The notes beneath the pieces were generated by a model. It did no database searches and was not told where the DNA came from. It saw nothing but the letters and a program-made list of their open reading frames with translations. This document shows positions 38,109-52,942 of a stretch of 64,000 nt of DNA, in pieces. The first letter of the stretch is position 1; each line of letters starts with the position of its first letter. The position numbers and the translations under genes are program-made. The DNA lies in the NCBI RefSeq assembly GCF_009914755.1, contig NC_060941.1; one strand, written 5' to 3'. Source of the DNA: the human T2T-CHM13v2.0 reference genome, Homo sapiens.

Positions 38109-38674
38109 CGCTCAGAGAGGCCTGCCTGGCCCCACGGTGCCCTGACAACGACGCTCTGTTTCCCAGGAGGCTATCAGCCTCCAGAAACCAAGTCTATTTC
38201 AGGATATCATTTAAACACAGAGGAGGGAGGGAGAGGCACAGCGTACATTTTCCAGAGAAACGCTGCTGCCCGCAACTGCGCTGGCTATTTATAACTCCTG
38301 GGAAATGTGGACTGTGCTATTTCCTGATGAGATTAGCACCGGGGTGGAGGGGCTGGCCCCTGGGACGTTGGTGGATGGGACACCTGACTGCTCACCCTCT
38401 GGTCCCAGCAGACAGGTGCCTTCCATGGGCCCAGGGGAGCAGGTACTTGGGGGATGTCTGATCACCTGAAGCAGGGAGACAGAGGGAGCTCGTGAAGGGT
38501 CAGGCTGGGAAGACCACCAGGGGCACACGAGCACTGGGGCCTCCCCAAGGTGGGCCACAGGCAGGAGACAGAAACAGGCTGCAAAACATCGTGGAGCCAA
38601 AAGGCGGACGAACGACTGGGCCAGGGGTCGACGACTGGGCCGTACATGGTCACTGAGAGCAGCTCAACTATTTC

Positions 38675-38972
38675 CTTCTTTTTTTTTTTTGAGACGGAGT
38701 CGCACTCTGTCGCCCAGGCTGGAGTGCAGTGGCGCGATCTCAGCTCACTGCAACCTCCACCTTCGGGTTCGAGCGATTCTCCTGCCTCAGCCTCCCGAGT
38801 AGCTGGGGCTACAGGCACGAGCCACCACGCCCGGCTAATTTTTGTATTTTTAGTAGAGACGGGGTTTCACCGTGTTGGCCAGGCTGGTCTCCAACTCCTG
38901 ACCTCAGGTGATCCACCCGCCTCGGCCTCCCAAAGTGCTGGGATTCCAGGCGTGAGCCCCTGCATCCGGCCG
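38675..38972 (-). mobile_element. AluS-like element
   Basis: Canonical antisense Alu. Confidence 0.9.
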
Positions 38973-39100
38973 ACTGTTTTCTCTTTGTCTGGGCACTTCG
39001 CCTGGTCAAATCATGACTGCGCATTCAGGCCTCTCCCAAAGAGAAACGCTGGCGCTGGGGGCTCATGTCCAGGAGACGACCAGGTCCCCTGCGGCGAAAA

Positions 39101-39580
39101 CCCAGCAGGCAGGGGCACCGGGTTGAAATGGGGCTCCGTCACCTCCGAGGGAGCAGGAGTGAAGACCCGAAGGTGAGCGTGGATTCTCTGCCAAGAATCC
39201 CGTAGGTGGCTGGTGGAGGTCGCCTCGCCTTTCTGGACCGAAGTGACCTCATGTTTGGGGCAGGAATCAGCAAAGTGGCCCCGCAGCGGGGAGAGGATTT
39301 GAGGCTCCAGGGCAGAGGGTGCTCCACGCACACCTGAGCGTCCTCCAGGGCTGAGTTTCAGGAACATCCTGGGGATGCCCCTGAGGGTCTCAGCCCTTCC
39401 TCTCGGCTCACCTCTCACCCCCTGGGGCAGGTGACCCCATTTCTCCTGCCTCTGCCCGGAGGGCTGCTCCCGGCCAGCTCCCCGTGCTCGGATTCAGGGG
39501 CACGCTCCCTCCGGTCTCCACTCCTGCTCCCTCGGAGGTGGCAGAGCCCCCATTCCAACCCAGTGCTCCTGCCTGCTGGG
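39101..39580. repeat. ~80-bp imperfect inverted repeat (arms 39101-39181 and 39501-39580)
   Basis: Arm 1 CCCAGCAGGCAGGGGCACCGGGTTGAAATGGGGCTCCGTCACCTCCGAGGGAGCAGGAGTGAAGACC matches the reverse complement of arm 2. Confidence 0.85.
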
Positions 39581-40113
39581 CCACACTCTCCACTCCAGCA
39601 CGCAGCTCGCCCCAAGGTCTTCGGAGATGGTTTCCACCACCTCCCCTCCCACAAGCCCTCACCCAGGGCCCTTTAATCCACAGTAAGGGGCCTGTGGTGG
39701 CCCTGCCCAAGGCAGGTGGGACTTAGAACTGGCCACTGGGGGTCTCAGTGGAGGGGGGAGCAGAGGTCCCAAGCAGCCTTCAGTGGACGCCACTCAGGAC
39801 GTGATCCAGGGGCTCACTGGACGACGGGAATCTGAAGACCACATTTGCCAGGGCCCCAAGAGCTCCCAGGCCTCCGCCTCCTTCCTGAAAGCCGCTTCCC
39901 TCAGGAGCCCACTCGGTCACTCCCACCGCCCAGGAGCTGACCCCCCGAGGAGCCCTGCCTCCAGGCACAGCCCTGCCCTCGGGGGCCGCCCCATCCTGCC
40001 TCTCACGGCTGGCGCTCTTCTACCCTCCACCCTCTGAGCCCCGGCATCCCAGAATGCGGGAGGGTTTCCCTCAGAGGGGGTTGCAGAGGTTCATAAAAAA
40101 AAGTGCTTCTTCA

Positions 40114-40713
<600 letters not shown>

Positions 40714-41064
40714 ACAGAAAATGACTCCAGAAGGACCTCAGTGCAAGTGGCCCCCGGACAGGGAACCACGTGGAAGGTGGAGCTGTGTGGGCACATTTCA
40801 CGCCTGCCCTGGAGGGGCCGCGGAGCCCAGGCCCTGAGCCAGGCATCGGGTCTGAGGGTGGGCACGTTTCCTGGGGCTCCCAGGCCAGCGGCCACGGTGG
40901 CAGCCCGGGCTGGCTTTCCCCTGCCCTCCCCCAAGGGCAGCCCCACGCTCAGGGCTGGGTCCCCTTGGGACACCGAAGCCGGCCTGTCATTGGGGCAGAC
41001 CACAGGCGTGAGAGGCACGGCGGGGCTGGCAAGCTGGCAACGGGGGAGACGGGAGTTGCCAAGA

Positions 41065-41148
41065 CCCTGCCTCTCCTCCCTCGAGGAGGCGCCGGAGGAT
41101 TCCGTCAACGTGACTGCTCCGAGCGACTCCGAGAGAGGCAGGGCAGAG
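41065..41148 (-). ncRNA. MIR3183: pre-miRNA hairpin hsa-mir-3183 (intronic, sense to ABR)
   Basis: Minus strand of 41118-41139 reads GCCUCUCUCGGAGUCGCUCGGA, matching recalled miR-3183. Ends CCCTGCCTCTC / GAGAGGCAGGG are complementary and close a hairpin. Confidence 0.85.
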
Positions 41149-41547
41149 AGGGAGGGGCTGCCAGGACCTACCCCTGGCTTCCAGCTCAGCAGCTGGGTTG
41201 GGGACACCGGGCCAGGCTCCATAAACTCTCCACACATCTTCCCATGGCTTGGCATCCACACTGCTAGGCCAGGCAGGCTCCGCCTCTCCAGCCCTCACCC
41301 TGCAGGGTCAGCCAGGCTCCCTTGTAGCCAAGGTGTCCTGCAGCCAAGGTGTGCCCACCTGCCATACCCAGGCCAGCCACAGATAGGCTCGGGCTGATGC
41401 CGTGTCCCAGGGCCTCGGCTGGCTTCCCCTCCAACACCAGAGAACTTCGAAGTTCCCCAAGCCTCATGGGAGGAAGGGGATTAGCAGCTCTGAACGACGC
41501 TTTTGTCCAAGGCAGGCTAGCCTCTTAGCACCCGCAGCAACCTGCCT

Positions 41548-41812
41548 TCCCCAGCGTCCATTCTAGCACCTCTGCCTGCCCCACGTCCGCTCCAGAGCCT
41601 CTGCCGGCCCCACGTCCACTGCAGAGCCTCTGCCTGCCCCACGTCCGCTCCAGCGCCTCTGCCGGCCCCACGTCCACTGCAGAGCCTCTGCCGGCCCCAC
41701 GTCCACTACAGCGCCTCTGCCGGCCCCACGTCCACTCCAGCGCCTCTGCCGGCCCCACGTCCACTCCAGCGCCTCTGCCGGCCCCACGTCCACTCCAGAG
41801 CCTCTGCCTGCC
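41548..41812. repeat. 29-bp minisatellite, ~9 copies
   Basis: CCCCACGTCCACTCCAGCGCCTCTGCCGG repeated. Confidence 0.93.
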
Positions 41813-42331
41813 CTGGCACCCACTTTGCTTTTAGCCCCCGGGCTGGGCATGGCTGACCTTGAGGAGAAGCAGACAAAATCCAAACCTGGGCTGCTCTTGG
41901 AGGCCCCACAGCCAGGCACATCTCCCCCAGCGGCCTAGGGCTCCGTCTTCCTCAGGGCCAGCCCACCCCACCACTGCCTCCCTGTGCAGGCAGCCTGGAG
42001 GCTTCAGCTTCAGCTCAGAACTGGGCTACAAATACCAGCCAGGAAGCCGGCCCTGCCCCAGCCCAGGGCAGGTCGAGGATGCCAGAGTGGCAAGGGCAGG
42101 GGCAGTGGGGCCCTCTTGAGAAAAGGAACAGGCCAGGGCCAAAGCAACACGGAGGCCCTGTCCTGAAAGGAAAGGGGCGCCCTCAGAGGTCAAAGTCCAA
42201 GATGAGAGGCCTTCTGTGGTCCTGACCAGGAAGCTTCACGCTGGAGGCCACGGGAAGGCCAAGGACCTGTCAGACCTCCATGGGCTCTGAAGCCTCGAGC
42301 TGGACCTGGAGTGGTTAAGAAACATTAACAG

Positions 42332-43970
<1,639 letters not shown>

Positions 43971-43999
43971 TCAGTTGCGTCACAGGCTAAGAATGATGC

Positions 44000-44480
44000 C
44001 TCGTACAGTACGTGTTCAAAACATATCGTCACAGAACTGTGCTTGAACACCCCGCGGCTTCCCACTGCATTCGGATTAAAGGCCCTGTCCTGAACCGCAG
44101 GGCCCCACGTCGCCTGGCCGCCGTCCCCTGACCCCACGTAACGCCCCACACTGTCCCCCTCTGCCTCTGAGCACACCTGCCTCGGGGTGTGGACCTTGCC
44201 GGTTCTTTGGCCTGGAATGCACTGCCCCCAGGTTTTTTATGGCTGAATTCTTCTTGTCATTTAAATCTTCGTTCAAAAGTGATCCTCTCAAGCCAGGCAT
44301 CCCCCCGTCACTCTCTACTGCGTTACCCAGTTGTGTTTATTTTTTTCACAGCACTCATCTGACCGGCAAGGATCTCATTTGTTGACGGACTCCTCCTGCA
44401 GACAGGGTCTCGTCTGTCTCGGGCGCCTCTGTGTCCCTAGTTCCTGCAGGCCTGGCACGTGGAAGGTGCTCCGGCAATAC
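44000..44480. mobile_element. L2 3' fragment
   Basis: CTTCCCACTGCATTCGGATTAAA...GGCCTGGAATGCACT...CCTGGCACGTGGAAGGTGCTC. Confidence 0.6.
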
Positions 44481-45471
44481 TCACAGGCCAGAGGAACCAA
44501 CTGGGGCATGGGGGAAGGAGGTGACAATGGCTCCCCGCCGGGGCTGCTTCAGGACAGGGCTCAAGAAGCCCTGTGTTCCCACTAAACCCCCTGCTCCCGT
44601 GTCCACTGAATGGCTGGCATTGGCCCAGGTGCAGCCCTGTGACAGACTCTCCCAGGGTGCTCAGGGTTTAAGGTTTAGGACTAGGAATCTTGAGACATGG
44701 CCAAGATCATCACATGAACTGGATTCCAGGAGATCATCCTGTTCAGCTCCTTCATTGAGCTGATACCAGAGAACCAGAGAGGCAAAGGGATGTACTCGCG
44801 GGCACACAGCAGTTAAGTAGCAGACTGAGACGAGAAAAATGGGAAACCTTGACTCCCACCGGCCTGGCGCCCTGTCTTCTCTGGCACCTTGTGCCACATG
44901 AGCCTGAGGGGCTGGGGACCCCGGAGGCCTCCCCGAGCACAGCCACGGCATCCAGGCATCGGATGGGAAGGGCGCTGTGGATGTCACGGCTCTGGCTGTG
45001 CCGGTCATCGGTACCAGCCCCGGCTGGGGTCACGGTCCAGAAAGGAGATCCCTCCAGATTTCGGCTCAGGAGCTGGTTCCGCTGTCTTGAAGCGGGACTG
45101 GGGAAGTCTCTGTGGGGATCCTGGGGCCTCCTGGCCTCTCTACAGAAGCCCAGGACCAGCTCCACGGGCCCCTCCCGCCTCTCCAGGGCCCATCCTGGAG
45201 GGCCAAGGGTCTACGGCTCACTGGACCCAGGACTGACGCTGCGTTTCTCCCCAGGGTGGGGCAGGCAGGTCACAGGCGCAGGGGACTGTCTGTTCCTCGA
45301 AGGTGCTGGGGGGCCGTCAGGACACAAACATCTTCCTGCCCCAGCATGAGTTCACAGGGGAAACGAGGTCAAAGAACAGCACCTGCTGACCAGTTCCCAA
45401 CCACCTGGGCAGTGAGCGAGGCCACTCAGCAGAGGGCCAGGCCTCTCCAGCACCAGCGCCCTGTGGCCAAC

Positions 45472-45698
45472 ACCTGGCAGCTCCCCCAGACTCACACCTG
45501 CAGGCTTGGGGGCGCTTCCAAAATGCCTGGGGCAGCTCCCCCAGACTCACACCTGCAGGCTTGGGGGCTCCTTCCAAAATGCCTGGGGCAGCTCCCCCAG
45601 ACTCACACCTGCAGGCTTGGGGGCTCCTTCCAAAATGCCTGGGGCAGCTCCCCCAGCCACACCTGCAGGCTTGGGGGCTCCTTCCAAAATGTCTGGGG
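45472..45698. repeat. ~55-56-bp minisatellite x4
   Basis: CCTGGGGCAGCTCCCCCAGACTCACACCTGCAGGCTTGGGGGCTCCTTCCAAAATG repeated. Confidence 0.92.
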
Positions 45699-46556
45699 CC
45701 TCATTGCCTCTGGGTACTACAGCAACACTGGGCTCAGGCAGCTTTGGCCTTTGAGGAACCCCCTTGATTGGCAGGTTCTCCTCTCCCTGGTCCAGAGCCA
45801 TCCAAAAGCTGGGGCACCGCGCCCAGCACCGCTGGCTGGCCAAGCCGTCTGTGGCCTGCAGGGAGGCCGGGGAGGACCAGCGCCCTTCTACCCTCCCTAG
45901 GTACCAAGAAGCGGCACCTTGCCAAGTTCACTCAGAGCAGGGTTCCCGCCTTGATGTCTGCAGCCCCCTCTGAAGTCGCACACAGTGTGTGCATGGGGTG
46001 GCTCTGTGTCTGAGTGGCCTCCAGAACCTTCATCAGATTCTCAGAGTCCAGGGTTCCCGCTCTGCGGACTCAAGCAAGCCTCTTGGGAGCTGGCCTGGCA
46101 GAGAGATCAGAGAGTACTCATGAGGCCCCAGCAGTGAGGTCTGCCCACTCGGCAGGTGGGTAAGTGCTGTGGAAAAGAGGGAGGGTCGCCCGACCCCACT
46201 GCCAACCTGTCAGCCAGCCTGGCCGCAGTCAGGACCCACACATAGGCCCAGGAAGAGGTGGGCTGGTGTAGGGGCCTCCAGCTCTCGGGGGAGGCAGCAA
46301 TGTAGTCCCCTGTCTGTGGCTGAGGGGTCGCTATGGGGGTGTGTGTGAACCGAGAAGACGCACGATGAAGCTTTCTTCCCACCGGGAAACAAGGAAGGGC
46401 GGTGGGCAGCCGGGCCAGGCCAGACTTCTATTGCAGAAGGCTGCGAGATCTTTCCTGACGCCCAGACTGGATTATAAAATAAAGTAGACGAGCCCAAGAC
46501 ATATCTGTATCTTGTACCCAGCACCTGTGTACCCTCGATGGCCAAGTGAGTGGTAG

Positions 46557-47153
<597 letters not shown>

Positions 47154-48368
47154 TAACACCTCTGATCCTCTCTGAAGCAAAGGCAGCAGCTCCCATCACA
47201 GAACACGGGACTCACCGTGGGGGTCAGCAGTGCCGGTGTCCAGCTTAAGAGGAGCTCTTTGGAAGTAGGGGATTCTCAGACCCACGTGGCTGTGCTTCAG
47301 GGCAGAGACAAGGTCACCTGAAGCTGCACTCAATCTCCTTAGACCCTGCCGGCTCAGCCTGAGTCCCCACCACCGGCCAGCATCTGGCCTGGTCTGGGTC
47401 AGGAGCGTCTTGGACTTGGTTGCTCTATAAGGGCCTCAACTTCCCCGACAGACAAATGCTTCTGGACCGGCCTCCCTTCAGGCCCTCTTAGCCTCCTCAC
47501 GGCTCCCACAAGGGGATGCTGCGGGGGCGGGGTGGGGGGGTTCCTCCTTCAGCCCCTTCCCCTCCAAAGCTCAAGCGAGAATCTAGAATTCAGCCCCTTC
47601 CCATCCAAAGCTCAACCAAGAATCTAGAAGAGGGAAGGATGGGAGGGAGAGGAAGGCACCGGGCCTGGTCTACTTGAGTGTGATTTGAGGCAAAAAAAAA
47701 AAAAACAAACAGGGAAAAGGAAAGAAAAGTAGAAACGCGAAGTTCAATACCGAGAGCCCTGGCTGAACCCACAAACCCAGATGCCACGTGTCTCCCAGCT
47801 AAACACTCGCACAAAAAGCTGACTGCCAAGTCAGGGGCTGGAATGAGGCTTTGGCCCCTGAACTCTCCTCTGGTGACAAGAACAGCCCAACCACAGGGAC
47901 CCCCGCTGGTACCCAAAGGATCCTCCGTGAGTGTCCCTGCCTCCTCTCCCCCAGAAACCAGAGGCCCTGCACTATTTAAAGGCTCAGTTCTGATCATGAG
48001 ACCTTTCCATCTGAACAGATTGTTTAATCCCAGCCCTGGATGAGTCACGCCCCGCCTCCAGCCTTTAATGAACCTTCAGGTCAGTGGAAGCAGGAGGGCC
48101 ACCGGTGTTTCTCGCACCCACAGCATCACTCAGGGCAAAGTTAACGAGGAGTTAATGAGGCAATCCCTCCTGCCAGTCTGGGCAGTACCAGGCACCCTTC
48201 CCTTACCCCACCGAAACGAAACTGCCTAGTCCCAGCCCCTCGGCCCAACTGTGAAGCTCCTGCAGGAAAATGCCAGGTTAATGTGGCTGAGGATAGAAAG
48301 CAAGAGGCCTGGCCCTTTGACTCTGCTGCTCACCCGCTGGCCTGCGCACAGTGAGGTGGGAAGCACAG

Positions 48369-48614
48369 GGCAGACGTCCCTCCGTCCACCACAGCGCTGA
48401 CCCGTGTCCACGACACGGACACACTGTGGCAGACGTCCCTCCGTCCACCACAGCGCTGACCCCTGCGTCCACGACACGGACACACTGTGGCAGACGTCCC
48501 TCCGTCCACCACAGCGCTGACCCCTGCGTCCATGACACGGACACACTGTGGCAGACGACCCTCCGTCCACCACAGTGCTGACCCCTGCGTCCACGACACG
48601 GACACACTGTGGCA
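48369..48614. repeat. ~59-61-bp minisatellite x4
   Basis: GGCAGACGTCCCTCCGTCCACCACAGCGCTGACCCCTGCGTCCACGACACGGACACACTGT repeated. Confidence 0.93.
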
Positions 48615-49949
48615 CACAGCACACGTTAGGGGATGGAATCGCTCGTCACACAGAGCAGCCCAGGGCCGGGGCCACCCTGAGCTGCACTGACGCCAACTGC
48701 TCAGCAGCTCAATAGCCCGGCGTCTGCCTGGCCACCACCCCTGCCCAGAGATCCCCATCAGACACGGAGCCACCAGGCACTGCCAGAGGCAAACCCAGCT
48801 AAGGAATTCTTGAAGGGGCTTCTCAGTTCTGCCGGCCACAAATGCATAGGGAAAGAACTGAAAGTCTGGGACCTCAGGTTTAAAAGTTGCCCCCTGCCCA
48901 CCAGGCACCTCCTCAAAGGGGCAGGTAAACTGGAAGCGCCCTGTTTGGCTGGCGCTGGACCCGGAACCTGCCAGGTCAGTTTCTTGCCAACCCTGACGTT
49001 TGGGGATGGATGGTGAGCTCTGGGCTGGTGCCTGCTGGCCTCAGCAGGGGCTGGGGAGGGGATGAGTCCACGCTGCCGGGCACAGACAGCTGCCTCAGCA
49101 CAGAGGGGCTCTGGCAGCAGCTGGGGCCAGCAGGGCTCTGCTAGCCCAGTCCCCAGGGAGGCTGAAGGTGACACAGGGGCCAGTGCAGTACAGCTCAAGT
49201 TGCTGCCCTGCCCAGCACTTTCCAGGGCTGATGTCACCTCTGGGAGGTCAAGTATGCCCCATGGCAGGAGCTGAAACAAAACGAGGGGCCAGTGAGCCCA
49301 AGATCACTTCGTCCTGGCTGATGCCAGGAGCCTCAATGCCGGCTGGCAGTAAGAGCCTGCAGAGAGGTCCTGTGAGCCTCAGGAGGAGCTGCAGATCCCC
49401 ACCACGGACTGGCCAAGGCCTCCCTTGTTGCTCTCTTGATGGATGGGCCCAGCCCTGGCCAGCCGGACTGGCACTCTGAGACAGCTAACTCGGACAGTTG
49501 ATTTGATCTGCAGAGTTATCGAGCACTTCCTGTGCGCTGGGCGCTGGGTCTGGCTCTTCCTCACATGCCTGATGCCAGGGCCCCAAGCCAGCCCCGAGGC
49601 AGCCTGCCCAGCTGCAGGACAGTCGGCTTCTATCTCAGATTTTAATCCCAACTCAGGTCTGGGGCTGCAGGGGCACCGGCGGTCTGCCCTGGCACATGGA
49701 CGGAACGCCTGGTGCCCGGCGGGCACTGGGCCCACAGTCAGATGGGTGGTCCCTGAAGGGAAGCCTCGAGCCCCCAGACCCGGCAGCATCTCCCCTCCCC
49801 ACAATCCTGCACAGAGAAACCTCACACGGCAGACGGTGCTGCGGTCGGCGCCCCTCAGCAAAGGGGCAGCCAGCAAGGCCCGCTGGATGCAGGGATCAGG
49901 TAGAGGCTGAACAGGGCGGCAAGACATAGACCCAGAGGCAGGCGTCTCC

Positions 49950-50870
49950 CCGTGCGCTGTTTGCACTCCCGGAGTGGAAAGCAGGGTCCGCCTGCCGAGA
50001 AGAAACCTCCCTTCTCCCGAGGCAGGGGCAGATGCCCGAGCGCCAGGGTCCGGGTGGGGGCGGCCCCAGCGTTCGCCATCAAGTTCAAGCCACTTAGAGG
50101 GACGCGCACAGACCCCAGCTCTGTCCCGGGACTCCACGGAGGGGGCGGGAGCGGGACCCCATCAGCCCCCGCAGCCCCCGCAGCCCCCCGAGCCCCGCAG
50201 CGCCCCCGAGCCCCCACCCCCCGGAACCTCCAGCCCCCGCGGGCACCTTGTTTCGGAGCAGCTTGTTGCGCACGCGGCCCCAGAGCCGGGCGCCGGTGTT
50301 GGGGGGGCGCTTGCTCCCCGACTCCTCCAGCGCCAGGGGTTCGCGCCCCGCCTTCGGGCTGCAGTCGGGCTGGGGCAGGACGTCGGTCATGCCGGGGGGG
50401 ACGGGACGCGGCGCTGGAGAGAAGGCGCCTGTGGAGCGCTCAGTCCCGGCTGCCAGTCCCGCTAGTTCCCTAGTCCCGCCGGCTTTCCCCGCGCTCGCCT
50501 CCCTCCCTCCCTCCCTCCCCGCGCTCCCCTCCCTCCCTCCCTCCGTCCGCGTCCCTCCTCCCTCCTCCCTCCTCCGCATCCCTCCTTCCCCGCCCTCCGC
50601 GAGGCTGCAGCCCAGGCTGAGCGCCGCCTCCCAGGCCCAGGGCCGCCCCTCCAAGCCCCAACCCCGGGTTTCATCCCTGGCAAGGGCGCTGCTCCTCCCC
50701 GACCCCGCCGCCCTCCCTCGCAATAAAGTTTACACCAGCCCCACACCCCAGTCCCTCCCTGCTGGGTCCCCGTGTTGCCCACCGGGCTGCTCCAGGGGCC
50801 AAGCGGAGGGGCCGGGGGCCAGGCGGGGGCTGCATTTTGGCCACAAACAGCTGCCCTCCTCCCCGGGCAA
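49950..50870 (-). promoter_or_regulatory. ABR: Intragenic CpG island / alternative ABR promoter
   Basis: CpG-rich, with GGGAGGGAGG/GGGCGG Sp-KLF-type boxes upstream (on -) of an ATG exon. Confidence 0.8.
50247..50390 (-). CDS. ABR: ABR alternative first coding exon (short GAP-only isoform, 310 aa)
   Basis: GGC ATG A; MTDVLPQPDCSPKAGREPLALEESGSKRPPNTGARLWGRVRNKLLRNK; donor AAG|GTGCCC. Phase 0 matches the acceptor at 31753. Total CDS 933 nt. Confidence 0.8.
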
Positions 50871-51185
50871 AAGACTCTGACTGCCCTGGGGTCGCACTTC
50901 CCCACCCCCAACTTCTGCCCCAGGCACCTTCCTCAGAGCCAGCTTGGTGACCCGGCCAGACCCTTGTGGACCGGCACTCAGAAGCCTCCTCAGGTGAGAA
51001 ATGTAAGGATAAAGGAGACCCCTAGTGTGGGAATCCCAGTGGGAATCGGGTCACTGATCTGCTCAGGGACAGGAGCAAAAGCCCGAAACGACGCGGGTCA
51101 CACGTCCAGCCAGAGATGCCTCTTGAGGGGTCACTTTGAACCATGGCCCTTTGCACCTCACCAAAAAAGGTTTCCGCTGCCAGGG

Positions 51186-51350
51186 GCAGAGGACGCCACG
51201 GGCAACCACCCGCGTCCGTGCTGGGCGCAGAGGACGCCACGGGCAACCACCCGCGTCCGTGCTGGGCGCAGAGGACGCCACGGGCAACCACCCGCGTCCG
51301 TGCTGGGCGCAGAGGACGCCACAGGCAACCACCCGTGTCCGTGCTGGGCG
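51186..51350. repeat. 41-bp CpG-rich minisatellite x4
   Basis: GCAGAGGACGCCACGGGCAACCACCCGCGTCCGTGCTGGGC repeated. Confidence 0.93.
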
Positions 51351-52659
51351 CCTTGAGAGAGAGAAGAACTTGTTCTTGACCTTCAATTTATTTAGTGAAC
51401 TTTCTAACCGCAGAGACTAGGACACAAATTACGTCTCAAGGTAACAGTGCAAGTTAGAGTACGGTATTCAGAGAAAAGAGAAAGGCTGAATCCCAAATGT
51501 TTAACTATGCAAAACCCAGGGGTGTCTGGGGCCTCGGACCTCTGCAGACCCCAGCACGGCACAGAAAGGAAACCAGTATTTGCACCGTGGCAACCGCGAA
51601 CCAGGTCTTTCAAACGCCCGACTGCATGTGAGCCTCACATTCTTGTCATGTTGGTGTTACTGCCCTGTTCTAGAGAGGTGAGGACAGGGGGTCAGGAGGT
51701 CCAGTTCTTGCCAGGGTTACACAGTGCCAAGTGAGGATGGGGAGGTCCCCCCAAAGCCCTTGGTGCTCACAAGCACTGTGCCTTACTCAAACATGGATGA
51801 TGCTTTGGATTCAGGAAAAAGAGCTGGGTCAGGACATTTCTTGGTTGACCCCAAGGCAGGTGGGTCGGGGCCCAGAGACGAGCCCTCGGCATCCGGCGTC
51901 ACCAGCCAGGCAGGTGTCGGGATTTCTCCTCAGAGGCCTTGGTGTTTTTGAGGAATAGGTGGCTTCCCTGCAGAGACAGCCGTAGTCAGAGCTGTCCTTC
52001 GTGGAAGGCTGGCAGGGACCAGGCATCATGGATTAAGTCACTTACCCCTCCCAACTGTATGAAGTCAGTACCAGCATCCCCGCTTTACCTCTGAGGAAAC
52101 GAAGGGCTCTGACAAGCTGAGCTACGTGTCCAAGGCCAGGACAAGCTGGAACACAAACGGAGGTCTGGCTAACTCCAAAGCCCACACCCCTGTCACTCAC
52201 TGTGATGCCCTAGTGTGGCAGGATCTGGCCCTGGACTATCTTCCACCTGGCTGGTGGAGGGGGGCCTTGGGGCGTCCTGCCTGGGCTAGAACCGGGCCTC
52301 GGTCTTCACTGTCCCTGCAGGGGCGGCCAGACCAGCTCCACTTCTTCCTGGCTCACACGTCACACGCACCCCTGGACGGTGCACACGGAACTTCCTCAAA
52401 CCTGAGCTGCTAAGTGGGGGCTGAGCCACAACAGCCTCACCAGCACCGCCTGAGGGGGAGGTGGAGAGACGGACGGAGGTAGGAACATGCCTGTGTCCCC
52501 TAACTGAGGCCTCAGTCACCCTTCTCCACCCCTCCTTCGCCTGCCCCTTCCAGGGCTCCAGGAGGACCCAGACAGCCCCTTCACACAGCCACAAAGCCAT
52601 CTCCTCCAGGAAGGCTCTGCTCACTCCTCAGGCCCCACTGCTTGGTCCCACTCATGTCA

Positions 52660-52942
52660 TTTTTTTTTTTTTTTTTTTGAGGCAGTGTCTTGCTCTGTTG
52701 CCCAGGCTGGAGTGCAGTGGTGCAATCTTGGCTCACTGCAGCCTCCGCCTCCCCAGCTCAAGCAACTCTCCTGCCTCAGCCCCTTGAGTAGATGGGACTA
52801 CACACACCCACCACCACGCCCGGCTAATTTTTGTATTTTTCGCAGAGACGAGGTTTCACCATGCTGGCCAGGCTGGTCTCAAACTCCTGACCTCAGCCTC
52901 CCACAGTGCTGGGTTTACAGGCATGAACCACTGCACCTGGCC
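52660..52942 (-). mobile_element. Antisense Alu
   Basis: Alu consensus; flanked by CCCACTCATGTCA direct repeat (TSD). Confidence 0.88.

Noticed and set aside
50391-50723. N-terminal extension of the 209-aa ORF upstream of MTDVL
   Set aside because: Starts at TTG and is low complexity; the first good ATG is at 50390
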